Part shown: piece after piece, positions 50,410 through 61,737 of the stretch
Layout: every line of letters begins with the position of its first letter
Numbering within the stretch: the stretch's first letter is position 1
Assembly (NCBI GenBank): GCA_963781315.1
Contig: CAWAFJ010000005.1
Span: 318-64,317, forward strand
Reading direction: 5' to 3'
Length of the DNA: 64,000 bases
Source of the DNA: an uncultured Actinomycetes bacterium
GTDB taxonomy: Bacteria; Actinomycetota; Thermoleophilia; Gaiellales; Gaiellaceae
Notes under the pieces: model-generated
Databases searched by the model: none
What the model saw: only the letters and a program-made list of their open reading frames with translations
Told to the model about the DNA's origin: nothing
Program-made: the position numbers and the translations under genes

Positions 50410-52125
50410 CTACGCGGTGTCCAGAGCCAGCTGCGCCTCGACCGCTCGATGCACGTTGCCGTGGATGTGATCGACCCCCAGAGCCTCCACGATCCCGTCT
50501 GCGTCGAGGACAGCGAAGACGTGCGGCTTGGTGCGGGCCAGTCGTAGCGTAACTCCCTCGGCCTCAGCGACCTCGCGTATCTCGGTTAGCTTGGCGGATC
50601 CTTGCGAGTCGATGAAGTCGACCCCCTCGAGGTCGAGCACGAGCGCGTGCAGCTTCGGGTCGCTCTCCCGCATGAGCGCACGGACGCGGCTGTCCAACGC
50701 TTCGGCGGTGGCGAAGAACAACCCGCCGTCGAGGCGCACAACGGCGATGCCGGGGAACGTCTCGTCCCCTGGGATCGCGTCGAGCTCACGGAACACTTGT
50801 GTACCGGGCTCACGACCGAGCACCGGTATTGCCGGCGAGGTCGTCACGTAAATCAACCAGCCGAGGGAGAGGATCACTCCGATTACGACGCCGGCGAGGA
50901 CGCCTGCCGAGAGCACGCCGATGATCGCCGCCACAGCAATCCAGAAATCGAACCGCACGACTCGGTGGAGTCGCTTCAGCTCGGCGAGGTCGATCATTCC
51001 GAAGACGACCGCGTCGATGATCACGGCCGCGAGAACGGCCTTCGGGAGGTCCGAGAACAGCGGGGCGAGCACGATCAGCGTCGCCAAGACGAGCCCGCCG
51101 GTCACGAGCGACGCGACCGGTGTCCGTGCGCCCGCGGACTCGTTCAGCGAGCTTGCAGAAAGGCTTGTGGAGACCGGCATCCCTTGGAACGCTCCCGCGC
51201 CGACATTTGCCATCCCCTGAGCTACCGACTCCTGGTTGACGTCGATCCTGTAGCGATGCCGCGTCGCGAACGTCCGAGCGTCCCCGGCGGTCTGCGAGAA
51301 GCCGATCAGCAGCAGCGCGAACGATGCGATCGTGATCACCGCCAGGTGGTCGCCGACGAAGTCGAGATCGGGTAGCTCGAGTGACGGCAGCCCACGCGGC
51401 ACGTCCCCGACGAGCGTGACGCCGTGAGCGCCCAGGTCGAACAGCCACGACGCAAGCAGCCCGCCCACGACGAGCACCAGCGCACCGGGTATCGCGGGCA
51501 CTGTGAACCGCAGCCCCAGGATGACCGCGAGCGCGACGACGCCGACAACGAGCGTCGCCCAGTGGATGTCGCCGAGCGAGCCGATCCACGTTGCCAGCTC
51601 CCGCCAGGCGTTGTCTCCCTCCGACGAGGTCCCGGTCAGCTTCGGCAGCTCTCCGATGACGACGTCGACGGCAGCGCCGGCGAGAAACCCCGTCACCACG
51701 GCTTTCGAGAGGAACTGGGCGATCCAGCCCATCCTGAACACGGCCAGCAGCAGAAACAGCGCGCCGGTCATCAGCGTGATTGCCGCCACCAGCTGCTCCG
51801 CCTGGGGGCCGCCGAGGCCGGTCAACAGCACCGCCCCTCCCGCAACCGCCGCGAGCGACGAGCTCGGCCCGGTCGAGATCTGCCGCGACGTGCAGAACAC
51901 GGCGTAGATGAGCGCCCCGGCGGCCGCGGCGTAGAGGCCGTTCTGCACCGGCAGCCCGGCGATTTCGGCATAGCCCAGGTTCTTCGGGACGATCAGCGCC
52001 GTCACAGCGATCCCGGCAGCAACGTCCCCCCGCAGCCAGCTGCGGTCGTATTGGGGCAACCACCCGACGATCGGGAGCAGACGGCCAATGCGACCTGCGG
52101 CGCGCCCGTTCGTCCGATCAGTCAT
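50410..52125 (-). CDS. SulP family anion transporter with C-terminal STAS domain
   Basis: Uninterrupted 571 codons with SulP helices plus a STAS region (..VVLDLEGVDFIDSQG..). Confidence 0.9.
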   Translation of the reverse strand: MTDRTNGRAAGRIGRLLPIVGWLPQYDRSWLRGDVAAGIAVTALIVPKNLGYAEIAGLPVQNGLYAAAAGALIYAVFCTSRQISTGPSSSLAAVAGGAVLLTGLGGPQAEQLVAAITLMTGALFLLLAVFRMGWIAQFLSKAVVTGFLAGAAVDVVIGELPKLTGTSSEGDNAWRELATWIGSLGDIHWATLVVGVVALAVILGLRFTVPAIPGALVLVVGGLLASWLFDLGAHGVTLVGDVPRGLPSLELPDLDFVGDHLAVITIASFALLLIGFSQTAGDARTFATRHRYRIDVNQESVAQGMANVGAGAFQGMPVSTSLSASSLNESAGARTPVASLVTGGLVLATLIVLAPLFSDLPKAVLAAVIIDAVVFGMIDLAELKRLHRVVRFDFWIAVAAIIGVLSAGVLAGVVIGVILSLGWLIYVTTSPAIPVLGREPGTQVFRELDAIPGDETFPGIAVVRLDGGLFFATAEALDSRVRALMRESDPKLHALVLDLEGVDFIDSQGSAKLTEIREVAEAEGVTLRLARTKPHVFAVLDADGIVEALGVDHIHGNVHRAVEAQLALDTA

Positions 52126-52158
52126 CGGGGGAGCGTAGGTACTCCGGCGCGCCGCATG

Positions 52159-54484
52159 TCAACCAGCGCTTGCGGGCCGGACGAGTTCCCGCGGGCGCTC
52201 GAGCCGCGACTCGCCGACGGGTGGGTTCCACGGCTCCTCGAGCGGCGCCGCGCCGAACGACCGCGCCAGCTGCTCAGCCGGCGGCGAGCCGTACAGCGTC
52301 GTCCGCTGGCGCGGGACCCGGCCCGCGGCGCGGATCAGCTCTTCCATCCGCTCGGGCGGCATCTCCTGCCCCCATGCCGCGCCCGCCGAGCGCGAGATCG
52401 ACTCGTTCATCAGCGTTCCACCGAGGTCGTTCACGCCCGCCCTCAGCGCCTCGCCACGCCGGCCGGCCCTGCCTTCACCCATGAGACCTGCACGTTCTCG
52501 ACCCACGGGTGAAGCGCGAGCCGGCCGACCGCGTGCATCAGCAGCACCTCGCCGAACGTCGGCCCGCGCCGTGCACTTCCGCGCAGGTAGATCGGCGCCT
52601 CCATGTGCACGAACGGCAGCGGCACGAACTCGGTGAAGCCGCCCGTCCGCCGCTGGAGGTCCCGCACCGCGACGAGGTGGCGCGCCCAGTTCCGCGGCCC
52701 GTCGACGTGCCCGAACATGATCGTGTTGTTCGAGCGCAGACCGACCTCGTGGGCAGTCTCGTGCACGTCGAGCCACTGCGCCGTCGTGATCTTGTCTGGG
52801 CAGATGACCGCACGCACCTCGTCGTCGAGCACCTCGGCGGCCGTACCCGGAAGGGAGGCGAGACCCTCGTCGCGCAACCGCGCGAGGTACTCGCGTAGCG
52901 GCACACCCAACGTTGCCGCGCCCTGCCAGATCTCGAGCGCGCTGAACGCGTGGACGTGCAGATCCGGCACCTCGTCCTTGATCGCCCTGACGACGGACGC
53001 GTAGTAGTCGCCGTCGAACCCCGGGTGGATCCCGCCTTGGAGGCACACCTCGGTGGCGCCGCGCTCCCAGGCCTCGACGGCCCGTCGAACAATTTCACGG
53101 TGCGGGACGAGATACGGCGCCCCGCGCAGGTTCGCCGCCAGCTTGCCCTTCGAGAAGGCGCAGAACCCACATCGGAAGTAGCAGACGTTCGTGTACTGGA
53201 TGTTCCGCGTGACGACGTAGGTGACGACGTCGCCGTTCACCTCGCGCCGCACCGCGTCGGCCGCCGCAAGAACCCGCTGCCGCTCCTCGCCGCGCGCGCG
53301 GAAGAGCCGCACGATGTCTTCCTCGCCGAGCTCGTCGCGCGAACCGACGGGCAACGGGTCGCGGCCGACGACGAACGGCACCTCGCCGGTCTCGCCGGGC
53401 GACCACGCGTCCTCGCGGGCGAGGCCGAGCGAGTCGGCGGCGCGGAGCACGTGCGGCAGCACGCGCGGGTCGATCCACTCGGAGTCGATGAAGCGCGGAT
53501 AGACGGTCAGCCGCGGCGCGAGCTCGAGGCCCCGGCTCTCGGTCGCCGCGACGGAGCTGCTCGAGCTCGGGCCACGGCGCCTCGGGATTGACGTGGTCGA
53601 TCGTGACCGGCGAGACGCCGCCCCAGTCGTCGATCCCCGCGTCGAGAAGCGCCGCGAACTCGCCGGTCAGGTTCGGCGGCGCCTGGACGGCGATCTCGGG
53701 CGGAAGAACGAGCCGCGCCATGGCGATCGTCCAGAGCAGCTCCTCGAGCGGCGGCTCGGACGCGTCGGCCATCCTCGTCCCCGGCTTCGCGCGGAAGTTC
53801 TGAACGATCACCTCCTGCACGTGCGGCCCGGCGGCGGCGATCGCGTCGAAGCGCATCGAGGCGCTCCTCGCGCGTCTCGCCGATCCCGATCAGGACCCCG
53901 GTCGTGAACGGCACCCGCGCCTCGCCCGCAAGACGAAGCGTCTCGAGCCGTGCCGCGGGAAGCTTGTCGGGCGAGCCGAAATGCGGCCCGCCGCGCGCCG
54001 ACAGCCTGTCCGCGGTCGTCTCGAGCATCAGCCCCATCGACGCCGTGACAGGGCGCAGCAACGCGAAATCTTCCGGCGTCAGCACACCCGGGTTGGCGTG
54101 AGGGAGGAGCGACGTCTGCTCGAGGACAGCGGAGGCGGCCGCAGCGACGTACTCGATCGTCGACCCGAACCCGAGAGCCGCCAGCTCCTCCCGTGCCGCG
54201 CGGTAGCGGAGCTCGGGCTTGTCGCCGAGCGTGAAGAGCGCCTCGCGGCAGCCTGCGCGTTCGCCGGCGCGCGCGACGGCGAGCACCTCGTCGATCGTCA
54301 TGTACGCCCGCTCGCCGCGCCGGGGCGGCTTCGCGAACGTGCAGTAGTGGCAGACGTCGCGGCAGAGCTTCGTCAGCGGGATGAAGACCTTCGGGCTGTA
54401 GGTGACGAGCCGACCACGGGTCGCCTCGCGCACCGCGCGCGCCTCCGCCATCAGCTCGGCGAGCGGCGCGGCGAGCATCTCCAT
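52159..54484 (-). CDS. fbiC: FO synthase (fused CofG/CofH); about four frame breaks
   Basis: Two radical-SAM modules ([11 protein letters not shown] and [12 protein letters not shown]) plus conserved CofG/CofH blocks, spread over four listed ORFs. Confidence 0.9.
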
Positions 54485-54504
54485 GCCCGCAGCTTACTTG
54501 CCGC

Positions 54505-55611
54505 CTACACGCGGGCTTTGAGCGCGAGCACGTCGTCGACGAACGGCTTCGTGACGGCAAAGACTCCGTGCTTGCGAACGGCGTCCGCCCCCTGATACCA
54601 CGCCGCGAGCGCGAGGCGCTCGTCGCCGCCGAACTGCCGCAGTAGATGTCTAAGGTAGAGCACGCCGACTTCGATGTCCCCGTCCATCGTGTGAGGGAGC
54701 GCGTGCCCGACGAGAACATCCTCGACGAACTGCCGGGTCGCCGGGAGCGTCTGCATGATCGCCGCGCGCGCCGGCGCTCGAGACGACTCGAGGCTGGTAG
54801 CCGGACTCCATCCAGGCGAGCGCGCGGACGAGGTGCGTTGCGAGACGCCGAGCCGCTTCGACCAGGCGTCGAGTCGGTTGCGGGCGGCGGCCGGGGTCGC
54901 ATCGAGCGCGGGCGCCGGGATCGAGAGTCGCGCACCGATCAGAAGCACGTTGCCGGGATCGAACTTGTTCGCCCGCGCGAGTGTCGTCGATCGCGACACC
55001 GAAGCTGGTTCGCGATCGCCGTCAGCGCTGTCACCCGGGCGGACGACGTAGACGATCGCGGGAGGCAGAGGCGTGATGGTCGGCGCTGCCCTCTTCTTCA
55101 CGCTCGGCGGAACGATCTTCACGCGAACCGGCACCCCGGTTTTTCGCACGAAGGCTGCGACCGTCCGGGGCCCGACCACCCCGTCCGGCGCGAGCCGCAC
55201 ATGACGCTGATAGCGGCGGACGGCCGCTGCGGTCCGCGTGTCGAGGTAGCCGTCGAGAGCGCCGTGGTAGAGCCCGCCTTTCGACAGGAGAAACTGCAGC
55301 ACGGAGACGTCGAGCCCGAAATCGCCCTGGCGCAGCACCCGCTCGCCGAAGAGCGGGCGCCCGAGCGGGCCGAGCGCCGCGCGGGTGCGCATGTCCGCGA
55401 TCCCCGTCACCGACAGGTGCGACCGCCGCTGAATGGTCCTGATCGCCTTGACGGTCGCCGGCCCGACGTCGCCGTCGATCGGCCCGCAGTAGAGCCCCAG
55501 CGCGCGAAGCGCAACCTGAATGCCTGCGTGCTGCGGATTCGCCTGGGCAGGGGCGGCCGACACGGCGATGAAGACCGCGAGGGCAACCACGATGAAGGTC
55601 CGTCCGCGCAC
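54505..55611 (-). CDS. secreted cell-wall enzyme: two peptidoglycan-binding domains, LysM, SLT lytic transglycosylase domain; frame breaks
   Basis: GTG start with a signal peptide. LGLYCGPIDGDVGPATVKAI and GALDGYLDTRTAAAVRRYQ (PG_binding_1), YVVRPGDS.. (LysM start), and MQTLPAT..YLRHLL..LALAAWYQG (SLT). Confidence 0.75.
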   Translation of the reverse strand: MRGRTFIVVALAVFIAVSAAPAQANPQHAGIQVALRALGLYCGPIDGDVGPATVKAIRTIQRRSHLSVTGIADMRTRAALGPLGRPLFGERVLRQGDFGLDVSVLQFLLSKGGLYHGALDGYLDTRTAAAVRRYQRHVRLAPDGVVGPRTVAAFVRKTGVPVRVKIVPPSVKKRAAPTITPLPPAIVYVVRPGDSADGDREPASVSRSTTLARANKFDPGNVLLIGARLSIPAPALDATPAAARNRLDAWSKRLGVSQRTSSARSPGWSPATSLESSRAPARAAIMQTLPATRQFVEDVLVGHALPHTMDGDIEVGVLYLRHLLRQFGGDERLALAAWYQGADAVRKHGVFAVTKPFVDDVLALKARV

Positions 55612-55666
55612 GGAAAGAACGGCGTTCGACCTTTCGCACGGCCTTCCTGCGCCTTCCCGATTGTCC

Positions 55667-57553
55667 TTACAAATCGCGTGGAACGAGCGCGGCCGGATCG
55701 GTGACCGGCGCCTGGCACGCAAAGCGTTCGCACACGTAGACCGCCGGGCGCCCGTCGACGAGCGTCTTCCCGTCGAGAAGCGGCACGCCCACCGCCGGCC
55801 CGAATGCGACAACCGCACGGGGCTCCCAGCCGGCGAGAGCGACACGCGCAACCTCCGAGCCCGGCCCGCCGACGATTGCGATCTCTCGCGGTGGCGAGAG
55901 GTGCAGGTCGAGACCGACGAGCCCCCAGCCGAACGCTGAAGGCGCGCGTTCGAGCCGGTCTCCGAGTAGTCGGAAGACAGCCGCGGCGCGCTCCTCCATC
56001 GCATCGTCGCCGTAGATCCGCCCGAGCCGCAGCGAGCACGTAGGCGAGCATCGAGTTGCCGCTCGGCGCCGGATGGTCTTCGAGATCCTTGCGCCGCGTG
56101 ACGAGCTTCTCGCCGTCGCGCGGCGTCTGGAAGAAGCCGCCGCCGGCGTCGTCGGCGAAGAGCTCGACCGCGAGCCCCGCAATCCGGTGCGACTCCTCGA
56201 GCCAGCGCAGCTCGCCCGTCGCGACGTGCAACTCGTAGAGGCCGTTCGCGACGTTCGCGTAGTCGTCGAGGAATCCGGTTCCCTTTGCGAGCCCGTCGCG
56301 CCAGGTCCGGTGCAGCCGGCCGCTCTCGGTTGAGAGCGGCCCGAGCAAGAAGTCCGCGAGCCGCCGGCCCGCGTCGACCCAGTCGTTGCGGCCGAGGAAC
56401 CGCCCGCATTCGGCCAGCGCGGCGAGCGCGAGTCCGTTCCACGACGCGATCGCCTTGTCGTCTCGCAGCGGAGCCGGCCTCCGCGCGCGGATCTCGAACA
56501 GCCGGGCTCGGGTCTCGTCGTCGAGCGAGCCGCGCAGAACGAAGCGCCCCTCCTCGAACGGCTCGAGCAGCTCCTCCGGGGCACCCTCGCCCGGCGCCCA
56601 CGTGAACGTGAGCCCTTCGACGCCGTCGGTATCGGCATCCTGAGCGGAGGCGAGTCCACCGCCCTCGAGCACGAGCTCGCGCAGCATGTACTCGACTGTC
56701 CCCTCGACGACGCGACGATACCGGTCGTCACCGAAGACGAGGTAGCCGTGCAGGTAGGCCACGGCAAGCTGCGCGTTGTCGTAGAGCATCTTCTCGAAGT
56801 GCGGCACGAGCCAGCGCTCGTCCACGGAGTAGCGGTGGAACCCGCCGCCGACGAGGTCGTACATCCCGCCCGCCGCCATCCCGTCCAGCGTCTTGCCGAC
56901 CATTTCGCGCTCTCCCCGCCGAAGCAGGAACTCGAGAGTCGCGGCCGGCGGGAACTTCGGGCGCGCCGCCCCAACCTCCCCATTCCCGGTCGAAGCCCGT
57001 GCGCAAGCTCTCGACCGTGCTCGCGAGAACACCCTCGCCGGCCCCCTCATCGGCCGGTCGCACGCGCGCGAGCGAGCGAAGATGCTCGACGAGCGCTGCA
57101 GCAGACTCGTCAACCTTGTCGCGCCGCTCACGCCAGCTCTCTGCGATAGCCGTCAGCACCTCGCGGAAGCTCGGCATGCCGTACCGGCGATCGGGTGGAA
57201 AGTACGTCCCGCCGAAGAACGGCTCTCCGCCCGGGGTGAGAAAGACGGTCATCGGCCAGCCGCCCTGGCCGGTCAGCGAGACGACAGCGTCCATGTAGAC
57301 CGCGTCGATGTCAGGCCGCTCTTCTCGATCCACCTTCACGTTCACGAAGTGCTCGTTCATCAGCGCGGCCGTCTCGGGATCCTCGAACGACTCGCGCTCC
57401 ATCACGTGGCACCAGTGGCAGGCCGAGTAGCCGATCGAGAGGAGGATCGGCCTGTCCTCGTCGAGCGCACGCCGCAGCGCTTCCTCGCCCCACGGGTACC
57501 AGTCGACCGGGTTCCCCGCGTGCTGGAGCAGGTACGGGCTCGTCTCGGCGCGC
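55667..57553 (-). CDS. thioredoxin-domain protein of the DUF255/YyaL type (N-acylglucosamine-2-epimerase-like); frame breaks; start unresolved
   Basis: [36 protein letters not shown].. followed by the (alpha/alpha)6-like region. No canonical start lies between the upstream stop (57564) and ETSPYLL. Confidence 0.8.
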
Positions 57554-57563
57554 CAGCCGGTTT

Positions 57564-57956
57564 CTAGAGCCCGTAGGAATCGACCTTCTCGGGCTTGATG
57601 CGAACGGTCAGGCGCTGCTCGCCCCGGTACCACGGGTAGTCGTCGGTGCCGAGATACTTCCTCGCAAGCGCGTCGATCTGCTCGCGCGCGCCCGCTGTCG
57701 TCAGCTCGGCCGTGCCACTGACGGACACCCACCGGTATTGATCGCCCGGGTCGACCACCGTGATCGATACCCGTGGATCGCCCCGGAGGTACCGCGGCTT
57801 GGCACGCCCCTCGGCGGTGTTGAAGAGCACGTCGCCTTCGTCTTCGTCGACCCAGACGACCGTCGAGTGCGGCGAGCCGTCGGGACGAAGGGTCGTGACG
57901 ACGGCCGGGAATGGATTGTCGCGCAGGAAGGCGCGCTGCGCTTCGGTCAGTGACAC
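57564..57956 (-). CDS. PPOX-class probable F420-dependent enzyme
   Basis: [28 protein letters not shown].. split-barrel pattern. Confidence 0.7.
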   Translation of the reverse strand: MSLTEAQRAFLRDNPFPAVVTTLRPDGSPHSTVVWVDEDEGDVLFNTAEGRAKPRYLRGDPRVSITVVDPGDQYRWVSVSGTAELTTAGAREQIDALARKYLGTDDYPWYRGEQRLTVRIKPEKVDSYGL

Positions 57957-57984
57957 CAGGCTCCCTTTCGATTAGCGTTTCGTC

Positions 57985-59010
57985 GTGCGCACCATTCTCG
58001 TCGGAACGAGAAAAGGCCTGTTCTTCATCCGCGACGGGAAGCTGACCGGCCCCGAGCTTCCCGGCTGGTCGATCTTCCACGCTATCTGCGATCCACGCGA
58101 CGGCTCGCTGTACGCCGCCTCGAACAGCATGATCTACGGCGGCACCGTCCACCGCTCCACCGACGACGGTCGGAGCTGGGAGCGATCCGAGCAGATCGAC
58201 CTGCCCGGGCACGAGCTCGGCGAGCTCTGGCACGTCGAGCCCGGGCACACCTCGGAGCCGGAGACGCTCTTCCTCGGCGCGGCGCCCGGAGCGCTCTTCC
58301 GCTCCGACGACTCGGGGGTCGCGTGGCGACCGGTGACGAGCCTCGTCGACCACGAGACCCGAGACCGCTGGATGCCCGGCGCCGGCGGCATGTGCTGTCA
58401 CTCGATCCAGATCGATCCGTCCTCGTCTCGGCGCATGTATGTCGCGATCTCGGCTGCGGGCGCGTTCCGCTCCGACGACGCCGGCGAGACCTGGGGGCCG
58501 ATCAACGCGGGCGTAGCCGCCGACTTCGCACCCGACCCATTTCCGGAGGTGGGGCAGTGCGTGCACAAGCTCCTGCTCCACCCCGCCCGTCCCGACCGGC
58601 TCTGGCAGCAGAACCACTGCGGCGTGTACCGCTCCGACGACGCGGGCGACTCGTGGGAGCGGCTCGAAGGGAACGGCCTGCCGAGTGGTTTCGGCTTCCC
58701 GATCGCGCTCGACCCCGCCGACCCCGACGTCGCGTACGTGATCCCGGAGGAAGGGGCCGAGAACCGGGTCACGGCAGGAGGCCGCCTCGGCGTCTACCGC
58801 ACCGGCGACGGCGGCGCTTCCTGGGAGCTCCACTCGGACGGGCTCCCGGAACATGCATGGTCGGTGGTGCTCCGCGAGGGGATGAGCTGGGACGAGGTCG
58901 GGCCCGTGCTCGGAACGCAGGGCGGTTCGGTCTGGGCGCTCGAGGACGGCCGATGGAGCGAGCTCGCGCGCGACCTGCCGCCGATCCTGTCGGTCGAGCT
59001 CGCAGCGTGA
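57985..59010 (+). CDS. BNR/Asp-box repeat (sialidase-fold) protein
   Basis: Five Asp-box-like motifs: [32 protein letters not shown] and TGDGGASW. Confidence 0.75.
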   Translation: MRTILVGTRKGLFFIRDGKLTGPELPGWSIFHAICDPRDGSLYAASNSMIYGGTVHRSTDDGRSWERSEQIDLPGHELGELWHVEPGHTSEPETLFLGAAPGALFRSDDSGVAWRPVTSLVDHETRDRWMPGAGGMCCHSIQIDPSSSRRMYVAISAAGAFRSDDAGETWGPINAGVAADFAPDPFPEVGQCVHKLLLHPARPDRLWQQNHCGVYRSDDAGDSWERLEGNGLPSGFGFPIALDPADPDVAYVIPEEGAENRVTAGGRLGVYRTGDGGASWELHSDGLPEHAWSVVLREGMSWDEVGPVLGTQGGSVWALEDGRWSELARDLPPILSVELAA

Positions 59011-59258
59011 CGCTGATCCGCCTGCCGGCGATCCTCGCGCGCGAGGCCGGTGGACGCGGGTCGTTCGAGACGCACGCGGCCACGCTCCGCGATGCGCTCC
59101 ACGAGCTACCGGTCGCCGATCTCCTCTTCGACGTCCACGGGGAGCTTCGCCCGCTCGTCAACGTCTACGTCGACGGGAACGACGCGCGGGAGACGCTCGA
59201 CGGACCGCTCGCTGCCGACGCCACGGTGCGAGTGGTCGCGGCGGTCGCCGGAGGTTGA
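59007..59258 (+). CDS. MoaD/ThiS-like ubiquitin-fold protein ending in Gly-Gly
   Basis: GTG overlaps the upstream TGA (GTGA). 83 aa ending ..[10 protein letters not shown]. Confidence 0.65.
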   Translation: MTLIRLPAILAREAGGRGSFETHAATLRDALHELPVADLLFDVHGELRPLVNVYVDGNDARETLDGPLAADATVRVVAAVAGG

Positions 59259-59299
59259 ACACCTCGGCGAGCCCGGCCTCGGTACGATTCGCCGGCTTC

Positions 59300-59390
59300 G
59301 GAGAAGTGGCCGAGTGGCTGAAGGCGGCGCCCTGCTAAGGCGTTAGGTGGGGTTATCCCTGCCTCGAGGGTTCGAATCCCTCCTTCTCCG
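59300..59390 (+). tRNA. tRNA-Ser (anticodon GCT)
   Basis: Acceptor GGAGAAG/CTTCTCC, anticodon loop CTGCTAA, long variable arm, T-arm GAGGG-TTCGAAT-CCCTC, discriminator G. CCA is not encoded. Confidence 0.9.
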
Positions 59391-59456
59391 CTTCCAACCC
59401 GCGGCTACTGTGTGCGCTCCGGAAGCTGGTTTGCGCGTACTGGCGCGGGTTGGAAG
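59391..59456. repeat. 13-bp perfect inverted repeat immediately after tRNA-Ser
   Basis: CTTCCAACCCGCG (59391-59403) pairs with CGCGGGTTGGAAG (59444-59456). GGAAGCTGGT also occurs twice (59421, 59452). Confidence 0.6.
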
Positions 59457-59552
59457 CTGGTCGCATGCGTTCGGGTCGCGAGCTGGCTGACGGACGTTGG
59501 CGTGGTTGAGCTGAGAGTCAAGAGGTGAGTCGAGCGCGCGCTCGATCCCACC

Positions 59553-59656
59553 ACATGATCGCCGCCGGCATCAAGAGCAAAGCCCTCAGCACCGACATGG
59601 GCCACTCCAGCATCACCATCTGCGCTCGGCCCTCGGTAACTCAGTCCCTGACCTAG
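59553..59656 (+). pseudogene. relic of a tyrosine-recombinase C-terminus
   Basis: Encodes ..HMIAAGIKSKALSTDMGHSSITI.., the conserved segment just before the catalytic Tyr. There is no upstream integrase body and the Tyr region is missing. Confidence 0.55.
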
Positions 59657-59671
59657 CCGTCCTTGCTCTAT

Positions 59672-59697
59672 CGAGGGCCCCGCAATCGGGGCCCTCG
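59672..59697. terminator. 11-bp GC-rich hairpin between convergent units
   Basis: CGAGGGCCCCG-CAAT-CGGGGCCCTCG lies 30 nt beyond the DUF11 gene stop. Confidence 0.6.
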
Positions 59698-59726
59698 AAT
59701 CGGTTTCGATCAGCCGGCGCGGACGG

Positions 59727-61737
59727 TTACGGGTGGCCCGTTGTGGTCGTGCCGATGGTGGTCGTTGTCGCCGGAGCGGGCGCCTGGTGGACCGTGGTGA
59801 CGACCGAGTGCTCGTGCTCCCAGTGCCCCGGCGGGTTGGTCGAGACCCAGGCGCGATCGGTGATCGCTCCCGCCTGATTCGGGGTCACGACGATCGTGAC
59901 CGTCGCCGAGTCGCCGGGGTTGAGCGCCCCGAGGCTGCACACGATCGTGGAGTTGCCTGCGCAGCTCCCCTGGCTGGCTGCGACCGAGACGAGCGCGATG
60001 TTGTTCGGAAGCAGATCCTGGAAGCCCGCGTTGCTGACGACACCCTTACCGGTGTTGGTCACGGTCGCCGTATAGGTCACCTGCTGACCCGTGTTCACCG
60101 ATGCCGGCGATCCGGACAGACGCAAGGCAAGCTCAGGACTCACGTCACCACGGACCTCGGTGTTCACCGTGCGGTGGTGCTGCCAGTTCCCGGGCGGGTT
60201 GCTCGAGACCCAGCCGTGGTCGGTCATCGAGCCGGGCTGGTTGGCGGTGACGACGATCGTGACCGTCGCCGAAGCGCCCGCGTTCAGCGCCCCGAGGCTG
60301 CAGACGACCGTCGGGTTGCCGTTACAGCTGCCCTGGCTCGGAGTCGTCGAGACCAGCGACGCCTTGCCGGGAAGCAGATCCTGGAAAGCGACGCTCCCCG
60401 CCGCACCGTTCCCCGAGTTGGTCACAGTCGCCGTATAGGTCACCTGCTGACCCGTGTTCACCGATGCCGGCGATCCGGACAGACGGAAGGCAAGCTCCGC
60501 ACTCCCGTCACGGACCTCGGTGTTCACCGTGCGGTGGTGCTGCCAGTTCCCGGGCGGGTTGCTCGAGACCCAGCCGTGGTCGGTCATCGAGCCGGGCTGG
60601 TTGGCGGTGACGACGATCGTGACCGTCGCCGAAGCGCCCGCGTTCAGCGCCCCGAGGCTGCAGACGACCGTCGGGTTGCCGTTACAGCTGCCCTGGCTCG
60701 GAGTCGTCGAGACCAGCGACGCCTTGCCGGGAAGCAGATCCTGGAAAGCGACGCTCCCCGCCGCACCGTTCCCCGAGTTGGTCACAGTCGCCGTATACGT
60801 CACCTGCTGACCCGTGTTCACCGATGCCGGCGATCCGGACAGACGCAAGGCAAGCTCCGGACTCACGTCACGGACCTCGGTGTTCACCGTGCGGTGGTGC
60901 TGCCAGTTCCCGGCGGGGTTGCTGAGACCCAGCCGTGGTCGGTCATCGAGCCGGGCTGGTTGGCGGTGACGACGATCGTGACCGTCGCCGAAGCGCCCGC
61001 GTTCAGCGCCCCGAGGCTGCAGACGACCGTCGGGTTGCCGTTACAGCTGCCCTGGCTCGGAGTCGTCGAGACCAGCGACGCCTTGCCGGGAAGCAGATCC
61101 TGGAAAGCGACGTTCCCGGCCGCACCGTTCCCCGAGTTGGTCACAGTCGCCGTATACGTCACCTGCTGACCCGTGTTCACCGATGCCGGGGAGCCGCTGA
61201 GCCTCAGGTCGACGTTCGAGGTCGTGCCCTGCACCCGGGTAGCGACGAAATGGCGGTGCTCCCAGTGCCCGGGCGGCCTGGTGGAGACCCAGCCGAAGTT
61301 CCCCATCCAGCCAGGCTGGTTCGCCGTGACGACGATCGTGACCGTCGCCGAGGCGCCCCGTGAAAGCGCCCCGAGGTTGCAGACGACCGTCGGGTTGCCG
61401 CTACAACTGCCCTGGCCGAGCCCACCGACACGAGCGTGGCCTTCCGGGAGATGAGATCCCGGTAGCCAGCATTGGCGTCCCCCCGCCGGCCGGTGTTGAC
61501 GACCGTGGCGGTGTAGGTCACCTGCTGCCCGGTGTTCACCGTTCCCGGCGAGCCCGACAGACGCAGCGCGAGATTCGGCCGCAGGTGCTTCACGCGGTGA
61601 TGCTGCTGGTAGGGGTGCTTGACGTGCGCGGAATGCCCTGACCTGGCAGCGGCGAGCGGTGTCGCAATGGCCAGAGGAAGCAGCGTGAGCGCGGCTCCGG
61701 CTGCAACGACGAGGCTCTTTATCGGTCTCGGACTCAT
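59727..61737 (-). CDS. secreted DUF11-repeat surface protein (five repeat units); at least two frame breaks
   Basis: ATG 61737 follows GGAGGG and a signal peptide is present. Repeated LRLSGSPASVNTGQQVTYTATVTN.G...A..V.FQDLLP.....VS...SQGSC.GN.T.VCSLGALN.G.SATVTIVVT. Confidence 0.8.
60076..61200. repeat. three near-identical tandem units (363, 360, 359 nt) inside the DUF11 gene
   Basis: The marker GTCACCTGCTGACCCGTGTTCACCGATGCCGG recurs at 60076, 60439, 60799 and 61158. Units differ almost only in a ~25-nt linker. The 359-nt unit carries a 1-nt deletion (GCTCGAG to GCTGAG near 60915). Confidence 0.9.

Noticed and set aside
59727-61737. A CRISPR-like array suggested by regular ~360-nt repeats.
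   Set aside because: The repeats are protein-coding DUF11 domains with no short repeat/spacer organisation. No cas genes are present in the window.
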